Counted from the stretch's first letter, positions 1 to 14,584 are shown. The stretch: 64,000 nucleotides of DNA from Octopus sinensis (GCF_006345805.1 NC_043009.1:44578001-44642000), one strand, 5' to 3'. A program made the numbers and translations. Notes: a model not told the origin generated them from the letters alone.

Positions 1-246
1 AAAGAGTTTTGAAAATATGCTTAAAATCTATGTACTGTACTTGGTTTAAATATTCTAAGAAAAATCATAATCCTTTAAACACTCATTGTTACCTCTTTAT
101 GAGCTCACAAGGCTTTTAAGGGAGTACTTTTACCCAGATTAAGGACTCCTTAGGACCAACATCCAATCATACATATCTGTTACATATCTTTGCTTCCCTC
201 CATTCTTTCCTCCTTATCTCTCTGTCTCTTTCACATACTTGTATGT

Positions 247-282
<36 letters not shown>

Positions 283-2025
283 CCAACCAAAGCAATCAAC
301 ACCAATCTCAAAGGGAAAAATGGCATAGATGACTTTGGCAGGATTTGAACTCAGAGCACAGAGAACTGTATGGCATTCTGATATTTTAACAATTCTGTCA
401 ATTCACTGTTTTCAGTGGAGTAAAGGATCATCCACCATCCATTCTTCTCCAGGTTATTGATTATCACCTGCGGTTGTTGGGTCTGTAGAGAAAGGGGTTT
501 GAAATGACTTTGCTGAGGATCAAACTTACAAATCTAGCATGTTACAAACCTTTTATCATTCTTGTGTGTGTTTATGTTCTGAGTTCCAATTCTGCCAAGG
601 CCAAATTTGCCTTTCATCCTTTCAGGGTTGTTAAAATAAAGTATCAGGCAATTACTGGGATTGATGGTTTTGATTAACCCCATCCCCTCAAAACTGCTGG
701 CCTTGTGCCAAAATTAGAAAGAATTATTATTATTATTGAAGCCCTGGACCAACCACCACCACCACCGTGGTGAGATTGCAGAATCACTAATGTGCTGGAC
801 AAAATGCTTAATGGCTTTTCTTCTGGCTTTGCTTTCTGAGTTCAAATCCTGTCTACATCGACTTTGCCTTTCATCCTTTCAGGGGTGGTTAAATAAGTAA
901 ATATCAGTCGAGTACTGGGGTCAATGAAATTGTCTAGTCCCCTTCCTCCAAAATTTCACTACAAGAGGAGTGGATTTCAAGCAAAAGTCAAGTTACCATA
1001 CAGTGGCCTTGCATGGCTGAATGGTTAAGATGCTTGCTTACCAACCACTTGGTTTCAGAGTGCTTTGGGTAATTGTCTTCTTCTATAGCTCCAAGCTAAT
1101 TAAGGCCTTGTGATTGGATTTGATTGACTGAATGTGAAATAAGCTTGTTTTGTGAGTATGCCTGTGTCTGTTTAAATTTTCACTTCTCTGAAAATCACAA
1201 GCTACAAGTGGTGGTGGTGGTGGTGGTGGTGTTGTCATTTCTCCTGTCAACCAACCATCTGCTGGCTTTTGACCTTCAATGACATATGAAATAAGAAAAC
1301 CCTTACTTGAAAAAAAAAGGTAAGGGTTAGTGATAGGAAGGGTATCCAACCATAAAAACGATGCCTACATAATATTTTTTTCTCCATAATGTATATGAAG
1401 AAACAAATATGAACAAAAATATTTGGAAAATATTTTGACTGGGAAATTAGTGTCGGTAGAACTGTGAATGGCAGAACATTCTAAAATTCAAATCCTGATG
1501 ATGGAGCAAGTTTGATTTTTATTCAGCTAGGATTCCATAAAATTATCAGTGACACTATACTAGGACATCATCGTTCCACAAAAATTACAGCCTGTACCAA
1601 ATAGATGAAACTCATTTTTCTGACATAGACCAGGTATGGCAAAGTTCAGTGGTCACGACCTGAGCATGTGGTGAAATATTTTGAAGGAATAAATTAGTGA
1701 ATATTAAGCAACACACACATGCGCACACACACACACACACGCACACACACACATGCACACACACACACAGAGGCTCATACGCATGCACATACACAGGCAC
1801 ACCAGACACAGTAAACTAGACATATACACATTAAATTTGATACCGCATAAGCGTATTTGTTTTAGCTATAAAATATTAGTCACAAGAATAAACCAAACCA
1901 CTAGCTTGGGAAAATTTGGTGAAAAGCAACCCCTGAAAATAATATGCGTACACTTACACTTATAGCAGCTTGTATACACACATAAATACTCACTCACACA
2001 CACATATCTACACACAAGTGTGTGA

Positions 2026-2057
<32 letters not shown>

Positions 2058-2069
<12 letters not shown>

Positions 2070-2750
2070 ACACACACACACACAGAATCACCAGCTTGAG
2101 TCATACATTATTATTTGTCACCGCATTACACCTTTTTGTGAGAGATTTTTACTCACACACACAAGACATCCATAATACTCTATTGACTTCAGATAAACAG
2201 GGAGTTACCCAAAAGGCACTAAAAACTGCTAGGTACCACTTTTTACTGTTGTTGGATATAAGTCAAGGTTAAAGAAACTTTTCATAATTCATAAAAACCA
2301 GTAAGGCCAGTTTATAGTGACAATAAACAGTTCCTCCTCCTGTTTTATGGCATTCTCCTTTTTCCATGCTAGCATTGGTTCACCAAATATATTATTGGGG
2401 CATATTTTACAACCAGATGCCCTTTTTGTTGTTATCCATTATCTGTTTTTGAAGTAAGAGATTTCTTATTTCATATGTCTTTGAAAGAATGAAGCAAGCA
2501 GACAGCTTTTTTGACAGGAGTGACAACATTGCTTGTCGTTGGTGACTTTCACAAAACAGATGTTTTTTTTTAATATTTTATCTGTTTCAGTCTTTGAACT
2601 GTGGCCATGTTAGGGCACTGCCTTTAAAGGGTTTAGTTAAACAAATCACTCACAATACTTAAGCCTGATATTTATTTTATGAATCTCTTTTGCCAAACCA
2701 CTAAGTAATGGGGATATAAACAAATCAACATTAGTTATCAAGTGGCGGGG

Positions 2751-2785
<35 letters not shown>

Positions 2786-3595
2786 CACTCATGCAATATG
2801 CTTCTTTCAGTTTCTGTCTATCAAATCCACTTGCAAGGCTTTTGTCAGCTCAATGCTATAGTATCAGACACTTTGCCTAATGTGCTGCACAGAAGGATTG
2901 AACCCAAGACCCCATAGTTGGGAAACAAGCTTCTCGACTACACAACCATGCCTGCCTCTTCATGGTGAAGCTATAGGAGGTTATTCAGGCACTCAACTAT
3001 GAGTCCACTACATCTTATGTGGAAACAGCTGTAAGCTAGTGAAGTTCATAACATAATATCATTTTTCCCCTGTCATCTCTTTTTCTTCTTATTATTGCTC
3101 TATACTCGTCTAATACTTTGTTCTAAAACATATGCATGTTGAGTTTTACACCAAGTTATTTGTTTCACAATTCCTAAACAACGCACACATCACCACTTTT
3201 CTATGCTTGCATGGGTCAGATGGAGTTTATTGAAGCAGACTTTCTACAGCCAGGTGCCCCTTCTGTCATTAGCTCTCACCTGTTTCCAAGCAATGTAATA
3301 TATTTCCCAATGGCCAGACATGTTCTTGCAGAAGATTGGAACTGAATGATCAAGCTTGTATGAGAATGACACTCACCTATATTTAGCATGTGATACCAAG
3401 ACAAGGGGACACGGACACACCTTTGATGGGCTTACTCTTGTTTCCATCTAACACATCCACTCACAAGGTATTCATCAGCTTGAGACTATTGTAGAATACT
3501 CTTGCCTAAGGTTCTATGCAGTGGGACTGGAGAGGGAAAACTCTTTGCCCTTAAGTCACCTTTGTAACTTTCTATTGATCATGATATATATATAT

Positions 3596-3644
<49 letters not shown>

Positions 3645-4324
3645 ACACACACACACACAGAATCACCAGCTTGAGTCATACATTATTATTTGTCACCGCA
3701 TTACACCTTTTTGTGAGAGATTTTTACTCACACACACAAGACATCCATAATACTCTATTGACTTCAGATAAACAGGGAGTTACCCAAAAGGCACTAAAAA
3801 CTGCTAGGTACCACTTTTTACTGTTGTTGGATATAAGTCAAGGTTAAAGAAACTTTTCATAATTCATAAAAACCAGTAAGGCCAGTTTATAGTGACAATA
3901 AACAGTTCCTCCTCCTGTTTTATGGCATTCTACTTTTTCCATGCTAGCATTGGTTTGCCAAATATTATTGGGGCATTATTTTACAACCAGATGCCCTTTT
4001 TGTTGTTATCCATTATCTGTTTTTGAAGTAAGAGATTTCTTATTTCATATGTCTTTGAAAGAATGAAGCAAGCAGACAGCTTTTTTGACAGGAGTGACAA
4101 CACTGCTTGTCGTTGGTGACTTTCACAAAACAGATGTTTTTTTTTTATATTTTATCTGTTTCAGTCTTTGAACTGTGGCCATGTTAGGGCACTGCCTTTA
4201 AAGGGTTTAGTTAAACAAATCACTCACAATACTTAAGCCTGATATTTATTTTATGAATCTCTTTTGCCAAACCACTAAGTAATGGGGATATAAACAAATC
4301 AACATTAGTTATCAAGTGGCGGGG

Positions 4325-4355
<31 letters not shown>

Positions 4356-5159
4356 TGCACTCATGCAATATGCTTCTTTCAGTTTCTGTCTATCAAATCC
4401 ACTTGCAAGGCTTTTGTCAGCTCAATGCTATAGTATCAGACACTTTGCCTAATGTGCTGCACAGAAGGATTGAACCCAAGACCCCATAGTTGGGAAACAA
4501 GCTTCTCGACTACACAACCATGCCTGCCTCTTCATGGTGAAGCTATAGGAGGTTATTCAGGCACTCAACTATGAGTCCACTACATCTTATGTGGAAACAG
4601 CTGTAAGCTAGTGAAGTTCATAACATAATATCATTTTTCCCCTGTCATCTCTTTTTCTTCTTATTACTGCTCTATACTCGTCTAATACTTTGTTCTAAAA
4701 CATATGCATGTTGAGTTTTACACCAAGTTATTTGTTTCACAATTCCTAAACAACACACACACACACATCACCACTTTTCTATGCTTGCATGGGTCAGATG
4801 GAGTTTATTGAAGCAGACTTTCTACAGCCAGGTGCCCCTTCTGTCATTAGCTCTCACCTGTTTCCAAGCAATGTAATATATTTCCCAATGGCCAGACATA
4901 TTCTTGCAGAAGATTGGAACTGAATGATCAAGCTTGTATGAGAATGACACTCACCTATATTTAGCATGTGATACCAAGACAAGGGGACACGGACACACCT
5001 TTGATGGGCTTACTCTTGTTTCCATCTAACACATCCACTCACAAGGTATTCATCAGCTTGAGACTATTGTAGAATACTCTTGCCTAAGGTTCTATGCAGT
5101 GGGACTGGAGAGGGAAAACTCTTTGCCCTTAAGTCACCTTTGTAACTTTCTATTGATCA

Positions 5160-5162
<3 letters not shown>
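2058..5162 (+). repeat. Tandem duplication of a ~1.58 kb intronic segment (copies ~2058-3584 and ~3632-5162)
   Basis: 'gaatcaccagcttgagtc' occurs at 2085 and 3660; 'ttctattgatcatga' ends at 3584 and 5162. The copies are near-identical by eye. All three boundaries lie in (TA)n runs. Confidence 0.95.
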
Positions 5163-5204
<42 letters not shown>

Positions 5205-5208
<4 letters not shown>

Positions 5209-5496
5209 CCAGTGGTTAGGGCAGTGGACTTGCGGTCGTAGGATTGCAGTTTCGATTCCCAGACCGGGCGTTGTGAGTGTTTATTGAGTGAAAACATCTA
5301 AAGCTCCACGAGGCTCCGGTAGGGGATGGTGGTGATCCCTGTTGTACTCTTTCGCCACAACTTTCTCTCACTCTTTCTTCTGTTGGCCTGCTCACTTAGC
5401 CAGCGGGGTGGCGTCATTTGAAGGCTAAAATCAATGCAAAGCGCATTGTGAGCAGCGATGTGTAACGGCATCTGATAGCCTGGTCGGTCACGGTGA
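5205..5496 (+). mobile_element. tRNA-derived SINE inserted in (TA)n
   Basis: A-box-like 'tggcccagtggttagg' and B-box-like 'gtttcgattccc' head, ~290 bp body, (TA)n on both sides. Confidence 0.75.
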
Positions 5497-5925
5497 TATA
5501 TATATATGAGATTAGCACATAGGGTCTTGTCCCAATGTATTTTGAGAACATCTTTAATTGAAGCAAATAGCTTCTACATTATTATATTGTGAGATTCATG
5601 TCTTCGCATATATTTCCTATTCATCCCAGGTAGATGTACTCCTTCACCTCCTCAAGTTCATTACTTCTCACCACTATTATTCTTATGCTTTATTTTCAGA
5701 CCTCATGTATTTTGTTTCCATAAGGTCTGCTGCTGAACTCTGGGTATCCAACTCTATCTGTATGGTCTGCAAGCAAATTTGCAGGAGTCTAGAAGTTTGA
5801 TTTGTTACTTAGACAAATGTTCTTCATAAAATTCTTGTTGCTTTCTTTGTTTCTTTTTTTTTACACCAATTCTTTTTTTTTTATTTGTTTTTTAATAATT
5901 TATTTTCTTTCTTTATCTATTCTAG

Positions 5926-6013
5926 AGTCACTCAGCCGAGATTACCTCGAAAAAAGCAAGCCTCCATTGCAGATGGCTCTTCATCCTCTGATGAAGATGG
6001 TGATATAGCAATG
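5926..6013 (+). CDS. Probable penultimate coding exon of the GAB/DOS-like gene (VTQPRLPRKKQASIADGSSSSDEDGDIAM)
   Basis: Long polypyrimidine tract with 'ttctag' acceptor (AG 5924-5925) and 'ATG|gtgagt' donor (GT 6014-6015). The 88 bp are 1 nt plus 29 open codons, ending in phase 0, which matches the phase-0 start of exon 9612. Confidence 0.7.
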
Positions 6014-6123
6014 GTGAGTATCACACACACACGCATATTTTACTATTATTTTCATGTTATATAAACACACACATGTAACTACTATTCTTATATCATATAA
6101 ATATACTTGCATATGAGTGTATG

Positions 6124-6154
<31 letters not shown>

Positions 6155-6867
6155 GATAATATAAATAATATATAGATATATGCGTATATACATACATTTA
6201 TGTACTTTTTGTCTGCCAAATTCACATGGTAATTGATTTGTTTGGGGCTGAACCCACTACCATGTGGTTGCAAAGCAAGCTTCTTAACTTGGCAAGGGGT
6301 CTGACCTATGCAAAGATAGAAAAGTGGACATCATCATGATGATAATAATTCAGTGAGACATATTTCCTTTGTTTGGAGTCTTGAGCTCAAATTTCTCCAT
6401 TGACCAATAGAAACTGTTCTATATAATAAACAGAGTGCTCACACACTTTGTCTGGTCAGCGCAATAACTTTAATTACTCAAGGCTTTAAATCTTTATCAA
6501 GGTGAGGTACACATTATTGAACAATACTTAAAGCAACCAAACATGAGGAAGGGAAACAACTCTCTAGAGTTCCAATTTAATTAATACTGAAATTGGCAAC
6601 GTGGTGAGAAGAGGGTTAACTTTCCTTTCTTGAATTTCCTCATAGCAGTGAAATACATCTTGTAATTTTTATGCATACTTATTTCTGCTGTTGTATTTAT
6701 GACTTGTAATTTACTAAGGTACTACTGTTACTTACTCTCTTTTATTTAATATGATGGTCTGAAAAGGGTGCTCTGTTCCCCTTACCACCAGTTGTGATGG
6801 AGTGACAAATTCAGATACACACATCTGTGTATGTCTGTATTTGTCAGACACATATATATACATATAT

Positions 6868-7062
6868 ACTCCTTACTCTTTTACTCTTTTCAGTCATTTG
6901 ACTGCGGCCATGCTGGAGCACCGCCTTTAGTCGAGCAAATCGACTCCAGGACTTATTCTTTGTAAGCCCAGTACTTATTCTATCGGTCTCTTTTGCCGAA
7001 CCGCTAAGTGACGGGGACATAAACACACCAGCATCGGTTGTCAAGCAATGCTAGGGGCACAA

Positions 7063-7095
<33 letters not shown>

Positions 7096-7247
7096 CGACA
7101 GGCTTCTTTCAGTTTCCGTCTACCAAGTCCACTCACAAGGCATTGGTCGGCCCGGGGCTATAGCAGAAGACACTTGCCCAAGATGCCATGCAGTGAGACT
7201 GAACCCAGAACCATATGGTTGGTTAGCAAGCTACTTACCACACAGCC
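6868..7247 (-). mobile_element. Abundant tRNA-derived SINE with CORE-like 'ccttgggcaagtgtcttc' segment and internal (CA)/(TA) microsatellite
   Basis: Head 'ggctgtgtggtaag...ggttcagtc' on the minus strand and a conserved tail. Related copies at ~2580-2955, ~4150-4525, ~18060-18345, ~25615-26140, ~47690-47975, ~49503-49908 (-) and ~59789-60205 (+). Confidence 0.8.
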
Positions 7248-7248
7248 A

Positions 7249-7298
<50 letters not shown>

Positions 7299-7621
7299 CG
7301 GACTTCTTCCAGTTGCCATTTACCAGATCCACTCATGTGGCTTTGGTCAGCCTGAGACCATAGTAGAAAATACTTGCCCAAGGTGTCACACAGTGGAACT
7401 GAACCTGGAACCATGTGGCTGGGAAGTAAGCTTCTTACCACACATCCATGAATATATATAAATAAAATCATCATTTAACAGCAACTTTTCCATGGTTGTA
7501 TGAGTTTGATGGTATTTGTTGAGGCAGATATTTCTACCTCTGGATGCCTTTCCTGTCATCGACCCTCACCTCACCTGTTTCTGAGCAAGCAAACTTCTTA
7601 CCCACACAGCCATGCCTGCAC

Positions 7622-7721
<100 letters not shown>

Positions 7722-8136
7722 TGTGTATATTCCACACAATTAGATATTGATATTGTCTCCTATAATAAGGATTTCTTAATCTCATTTACAGAGCACTACA
7801 TAAATTTATGAGAGAGAAATAATTTGTTGTAAAGTGCCAATTCAGCACTGATTAAGCAAACTAATGATCAAGATCAGGAGAAGCTCTGTCAGTTGGGGTT
7901 CATCATGCATTTGTACATATATGTGCAGGCCTGAGCTGAGTTATATTTTTGAGAAAGACTAGCAGTTGCTCATATATGCAAGTCTCCCATCTGTCTCCAT
8001 GCCATCAGTGTTCACTTCAAGGAAAGGCTGCTGACTTGGGCTGACACATATTAGCACCAATGTCATTACAGGTACTACTGTAAGAACACAGAGCTGGGAT
8101 AGATATATCTATCCTTTTTACCATGGTACACTCATT

Positions 8137-8530
8137 TCATCATCATCATCATTTAATTTCTGTTTTCCCTGCTGGCATGGGTTGGAAGGTTTGACAGAAG
8201 CTGACCATCTGAAAGGCTGTTCGGGCTCCATGTCTGTCTTGACATGGTTTCCATGGCTGGATGCTCCTCCTAATGCCAACCACTTTGCAGAATGTACTGG
8301 GTGCTTTTATGCGGCGCCAGTACAGGTGCGTTTTATGTGGCACCAGCATTTACAAGCCTACAAGATGCTCAATTGGAAAGGGTTGCAAGGAATGGTGTTT
8401 CTATGCAAGGGCAACCATGCTTTTACTTAGCTTGGCATATCTTTTCAAGCACAGCAAACTGCCAGAAGTCTCGGTCTTCTGTCATCCCCTCTGTGAATCC
8501 CAACGTTTGTAGATCCTTTCTCACAAACAT
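8137..8530 (-). mobile_element. Older 3' fragment of an RTE-clade LINE
   Basis: The minus strand encodes FVRKDLQTLGFTEGMTEDRDFWQFAVLEKICQAK*, similar to the C-terminus of the 43.4 kb RTE. It is followed by a 3' UTR and (GAT)n tail. Confidence 0.7.
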
Positions 8531-9307
8531 TGGGACATATTACACTTATCATGAATTGATCTGTGATGACACAGATCAGCAGTCAGTTAAGGATTCTGCT
8601 TGGATTTCAAAAGTGCCTCCCAATAACCACCCACAATGCTCTGCTACCCAGAATGTATTGATTATTGTGTGTTTACATCTCTGTGCTGTGAAGGTGTTAT
8701 TTGGATAAGTTAGGATGGCAACTTGGTCTCGCAACCAAACCCTTTGTTTCTCCCTATATGCTATTCTTCATTTATTGCTGTCCCTTTTGACATGGTGTTT
8801 TATTTTTGTTTATCTATTTTTTTACGAATGAGATACTCATGTTAGACAAGGATATATGTACAACAAAAAATCTCACACAACTCTCGGACAACTCTGCTAG
8901 TCCGCTGCTTTGGCTTGATACTTTTTGACTGGTGACAAAAGGTAAAGTTGACCTTGCAGGATATGAACTCAGATAATAGTATCAGAACAAATACCAGATA
9001 CCATTCTTTCTGTCAAGCAGCTGTCTTTGAGGCTATGTAGCATATAAGTGTACCATGACCTAATAGTCAAAAACATGGGAGAGATGTCCTCTTGTTAGAT
9101 TGCAGTTAGTTGAAGCCCAATTGTGATTGAATAGAGATACCACCATCTGCCTCCTGAGCACATAATTTTCCATTGAAATAAATGCTCTATGTCCTCCTTT
9201 GACCATACTAACACATCCCAATTTGATGAGAAATAAAGTGTTTTTAAAGTTTTCCTCTCTTGTATGCATTCAGTTGCATTATTTGTTACATAAGTATTCA
9301 ATATCAA

Positions 9308-9547
9308 GGCAATATTAAGGCGGCGAGCTGGCAGAAACGTTAGCATGCCGGGTGAAATGCTTAGTGGTATTTCGTCTGCCGTGACGTTCTGAGTTCAAGT
9401 TCCGCCGAGGTCGACTTTGCCTTTCATCCTTTTGGGGTCGATAAATTAAGTACCAGTTTCGCACTAGGGTCGATGTAATCGACTTAATCCCTCTATCTGT
9501 CCTTGTTTGTCCCTTCTATGTTTAGCCCCTTGTGGGCAATAAAGAAA
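9308..9547 (+). mobile_element. Young tRNA-derived SINE with 17-bp target-site duplication, in the last intron of the GAB-like gene
   Basis: TSD 'taagtattcaatatcaa' at 9291-9307 and 9548-9564. Body 'ggcggcgagctggcagaaacgttag...gtcgactttgcctttcatcc' is shared with copies at 27.8, 61.0 and 62.9 kb. Confidence 0.9.
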
Positions 9548-9611
9548 TAAGTATTCAATATCAAAGTTTTCTCTCTGTATATATTGATAACATATATTTT
9601 CTTTTTCTCAG

Positions 9612-9806
9612 ACTAAACAAGGAATGCGTCAGATATTACCAGCACCAGGTAAACCAGACTGCGGAGAGTTGAAATACTTGGACTTAAGACTTGACGACAC
9701 TGCTGAGACCCCAAGTGGACCTCCTCCTTCTTGTGAATATCGGGAGATAGACTTTGTAAAGACCAATGCTTTGAGAAATGTAAAAAATGCCAGGGTGCTG
9801 GAATAA
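9612..9806 (+). CDS. Terminal coding exon of a GAB/Daughter-of-sevenless-like (GRB2-associated binder family) docking protein; FRS2-like not fully excluded
   Basis: Acceptor 'ctttttctcag|' (AG 9610-9611). Translation TKQGMRQILPAPGKPDCGELKYLDLRLDDTAETPSGPPPSCEYREIDFVKTNALRNVKNARVLE*. LKYLDL and EYREIDFVKTNAL match the two SHP2-binding tyrosine motifs and DxxKTxAL tail of GAB/DOS C-termini (family knowledge recalled, not searched). Confidence 0.75.
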   Translation, partial: TKQGMRQILPAPGKPDCGELKYLDLRLDDTAETPSGPPPSCEYREIDFVKTNALRNVKNARVLE

Positions 9807-9941
9807 CGATGATGGAATTTAATAAAAAAAAAAAAAGGGGGAACAGAAAAGCAAAAAAAAAAAAAAAGACAATTGCTGTAGGGTCCTTCAACTGTCATAT
9901 TTTTAAATGTATATATACATATGTATATGTGTGTGTATGTG

Positions 9942-9982
<41 letters not shown>

Positions 9983-11045
9983 TTAACTACAGCTGTTAAT
10001 TGCAGTCGAGGATGACTTGGTAGCATTTCCTATACTTTTGCTAATGGTTTTAGGCCCATGTAGTTGCAATAATGTATATACAGATACACATATATAAATA
10101 TATATATACATACATATGCACACGCACATACAATCATTCATAGAATTATGTATATATACACAATCACACACATGTATTTATACATACTTTTATGTATATA
10201 TACAAATATATATGCACATGCATACACAGATTTATACATACATTCATGTATATATATATAGAAACACACACACACACATGTATACAGATATACATACTTC
10301 AGATTACTTCAATGAGAGGAAAAAAAATATTCCTTTTTTATCATAAAAACTAAAAAAAAAAAAACAAGCAACAAAAATTATCCCACCGAAAAAAGAGGGG
10401 AGAAGCTCAGAAGTGAAACTTTTTTTGTATATTTTCCAAAAAAAAAAGAAAAAAGAGAAAGAAAAGTCATTCTTGATTGAGGACAAGAGAAATAAAGAAC
10501 ATGGTATTACTAATGATAATAATAATAATGATAATAATAATAATATCCTTTTTACACTTTCTTTACATGTTGCTGTTTTATTATTCCTTTTCCTACACTA
10601 TCATCACATCTATTTGTAAAAGAAAAACAGACAAATATTTTTTTGTTTTGAAATTCCAAGAAATGAATAATTGTCCAATTCCAACTTTGTGATGGTAAAT
10701 CTTCAACTGACATTTTATTTTTTTTTTTTTCCCATCTTAATTTTCAGCCAATCCAGTCCACCCCAACAATAACAACTAAATATAAGAACATGCATTCTGT
10801 TTCTGAAACACACACACACACTTCCTTGTTTTTGTTATTTTTTAATGAGTGTATGTCTGTGTGAGAAAAGTGATGAGGGTTTTTAGTGGGGGTGAGGTGG
10901 GGGGGTGCAGTGATCGATTCATTAATGTGTGTGTATTTACACGTATATAGATAGACACGTATAATGAAGTATTTAATATTCACGTATATCTGTGTGTGTG
11001 TGTGTGTGTACATGTAAAAGGTCTTTTGGTGTGTGTGTTTGTATG

Positions 11046-11099
<54 letters not shown>

Positions 11100-11980
11100 C
11101 ATACACACATACACACACACTTAAATTTACAAGTATAGATTTATACACCATCCAACACATACGTCCTTACACAATTACCCACATACATCCAAGTTTTTCA
11201 GAATTATTTTTTATCAAAACCAGCATCATTGTTATCATCATCAGCAGCATCACCACTTATAATTGTCAGTATCTGTTCCTGTTTCTGAGTTCAAATCCTG
11301 CCTAGGTGAACTTTACCTTTCAACTCTGCTAGGTCGATAAAATAAACTACCCTGAAAATTACTAAATTTAAAAAGAATCATTATTTTTAGCTTGTCTGTG
11401 GATGGCAGAATTGTGCTGGTTGTTTTGTTGCAACACTTTATTTTTTTAAGTTCAAATTCCACTAAGACCAATTTTGTCTTTCATCCTTTTAGGATTGATA
11501 AAATTATTTCAAAAAAAAAAAAACCCAATATTCTGAGGTTAATGAAGTTGACTTCTACCTATTTTTTTTTCTTTAGAAATCTACCATTTAAAAGAAAAAA
11601 AAGCAAGCTTCTTACCACACATCCACACCTGTACTATATGAAAGTTATTATTTTTTTTTTTAATTAGAACGATTTTGTTTTTTAATTGGAAGCTAATTAA
11701 AGTTAGGAAGTTTAGGAGTATACAAATATATATGGTTTACATTTAAAAGCATTAGTTGTTTCACTTTCTGCAAATTTAAAAGGCTGAAAAGTATGTCTTG
11801 ACAAATTCCATTGGGCCTGTGCAAGCGATGGCAAAATGGGAATTAGAACAATGATGAGTAGGAGGAGGAAAATGTAATTTAAAATGCAAATGAAATATAT
11901 TTAAATATTTACTTCATATATAAGTGAAATATATTTTTGCATGTGTGTGTGTGTGTATATATATATATATACATACAATA

Positions 11981-12232
11981 TGGAGGCACGTGGCTTCGTG
12001 GTTAGGGTGTCAGTATCATGATCGTAAGATTGTGGTTTCGATTCCTGGACCAGGCGACACGTGTTCTTGAGCAAAACACTTCATTTCATGTTGCTCCAGT
12101 CCACTCAGCTGGCAAAAACGAGTAACGCTGCGATGGACTGACGTCCCGTCCAGCTGGAGAACACATACGCTATTGAAACTGGGAAAATGGGCCCATGAGC
12201 CTGGTTAGGCTTTAAAAAAGCACATTTATTTT
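11981..12232 (+). mobile_element. tRNA-derived SINE (second family)
   Basis: 'ggaggcacgtggcttcgtggttagggtgtc...gtggtttcgattcctggac' head. A closely related copy lies at 53723-53970. Confidence 0.85.
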
Positions 12233-12677
12233 TTTTTTATATATATATATAAATTAAGTTTTGCAACTTTAAATCACATTTTCCTTCACTTGCTTCAGTC
12301 GTAATGATGTGACCATGTTGGGGATTTTTGGTCAATCATATTGACCCCTATACTTGTTCTATCTTTTTGCCAAATCACTAAGTTATGACAGCATAAACAA
12401 GCCTACACTATTTGTGAAACAATGGGAGACAAACACACACATGCATATACATCTTAATTAGTGAATGACGAAAAGCTTTGTTAATGAAAATGATCACGTG
12501 ACTCCCTTTTTTTGTCATTAAATAATTGATATTATGCTCTGTACTGCCCTAACACTTTACTCTAAAGCATAAGTATACTGAATTCTAACAACTGGTTATT
12601 AGTATCCGCTATCCCTAAGCAAATTCATACTATATGTATATATAATACACACACACACACACACACATATATATTAT

Positions 12678-13050
12678 AAATTAAATTAGAGATAAAACCA
12701 CTATTATGCAACTCAAACAGTGATAGACATAAACCAAAACATAAATAACAAATAATATATATTTTTATAAAACATATAACTTATAACTAGATCTCAAAAA
12801 GTATAAAAATGAATGATCAATATATAATATAGTAAGTAAAAAAAAACTACGAACGTTTCATAGCTACAATTAAATTTTAATTATAATTAAGTTTAAATTC
12901 AATTGAAATAAATTCAATTTAAAATTATAGTTAATCTTCAGGTTAATGATAATAGTTACATAAATAAGCAAATATAGTTAAACAATATTTATTTAAAAAA
13001 TAAATAAAATAATAATTTTTCTTATAGAAAAAAACTCCATTAACTAAATT
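12678..13050 (+). repeat. AT-rich interspersed repeat associated with (TA)n
   Basis: 'ataaattaaattagagataaaaccactatta' recurs at ~25797 with a similar continuation. Confidence 0.6.
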
Positions 13051-14584
13051 AGAAACTTAAAGCATTGGCTTCCACACAATTTCTATCTATTGAATCCACT
13101 TACAGACCCATAGTAGGAGATAATAGCCCAAGTTGCCACACAATGGGACTGAACCTGAAACAACCTGGTTGTGAAGCAAACTTCTTAACCACACAACAAT
13201 ATCTCCCCTGGTTATTCTTAAAACATTTTTCTTTTGTGTGTGTCTAAGATTCCAAATCTCTGATATCCAGAACATAAGAATGAAAGTTTTTCTTTAAAAA
13301 TAGGAATAATAAAAGAAAGAAAGGGAGAATTTAAAGAATCCATGCTAAATCCATGAAGGGGTTAATCAATCTCTTTTATTCTTCCCCAAAATGTGTTACT
13401 TTGTGTCAATTAGGATTGTTGGCAAAAATGGTAAACTGTTACAACTTTTTTTTCTGGTTTTCTAATTGTTTTCTTATAGTTTTGTGAGGAAACTGGAGAG
13501 CATCTATCCATGACACTGCTTCTGTATTGCTTTTCAGGGCTTACTAGAATGCCCTGAATGTAATAAGGGTGGAGTCTGTTGAATGTATCCAATGATTAGG
13601 TGGTGGTAGGTGTGAAGGTGATGGATTAAATCTACCCATGAACAAGGGTGGGGTACAGCTTCCATTTACTCAATTTCACTTTCGCACCAATCAAATCACA
13701 GTCAAATCTCTCACAAATCACATTATCTGAGAAAAGAAAGACATGTTAATGTAATTCTGTTACACCCCAAAAAAGATGGCATGGTCACTGGTGGACAGCC
13801 TTTGACCATAAATTTTGCTCAGTCAGGATTAACCTCAGGTTAACAATCCAATTCCACTTACAAGTTTACTTATGTAGAAGACATTTGTTCAAGGTGTCAC
13901 ACAAGACTGAATCCAAAAGCACTTGATTACATAAACTTTATGACTCACCTGGCCCATCTCTGCACTCTTAGACATGCTTAATGAACTTGACTTTTATTTG
14001 GCATAGATTCATGACACTGGTTGAAGGCTATAAATTGTAGAGGTAACATTAATCAAATCAATCATTATTTAATCAATCTAACATCAATCAATCACTAACG
14101 GAAACTGCTCTATCAATTCCGTTATTCACCATTCTTGCTTTTAATAGGTGCATTGACAACATTAATGAAAAAGGTTCACTTAAACATTTCCGAAGAATTC
14201 TGACAATTCATGAACTTAAGTTGTAAGTCACTGCACTTACCGTCATCGTCATTTTATGTCCATTTTCCATGCTGGCATGGGTTGGACAAGTTGTGACAAT
14301 CTGGATCAGCTCTCATTTGGAGTTTCTGCCTTCCTAGATGCATCGACATCCACATTTCACTTATACATGTCATTTGGTAAGGTTATTATGGTTGGATCCT
14401 TCTCAACATCAATCACTTTACAGTGGACTAGGTGCATTTTATTGTAGCACCAGCACTAGAGGAGTTATCTTGCCTCTGCAATATTAAAGAGTTCTCACAT
14501 CTTACATTATCTCTGTTCATTCATCAATCATTTTACAGAGTGCATTAGTGACACCAGCATAGAGAGGTTGGTGACACCCATAAA

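Noticed and set aside
2975-3035. Possible small exon (ctatag|EVIQALNYESTTSYVETA|gtaagc)
   Set aside because: No polypyrimidine tract, the phase does not match the phase-2 start of exon 5926, and it lies in the duplicated block.
5205-5300. tRNA-like heads here and at ~9317, 11981, 27780, 53724
   Set aside because: These are A/B-box SINE heads continuing into SINE bodies, often with TSDs; no complete cloverleaf was found.
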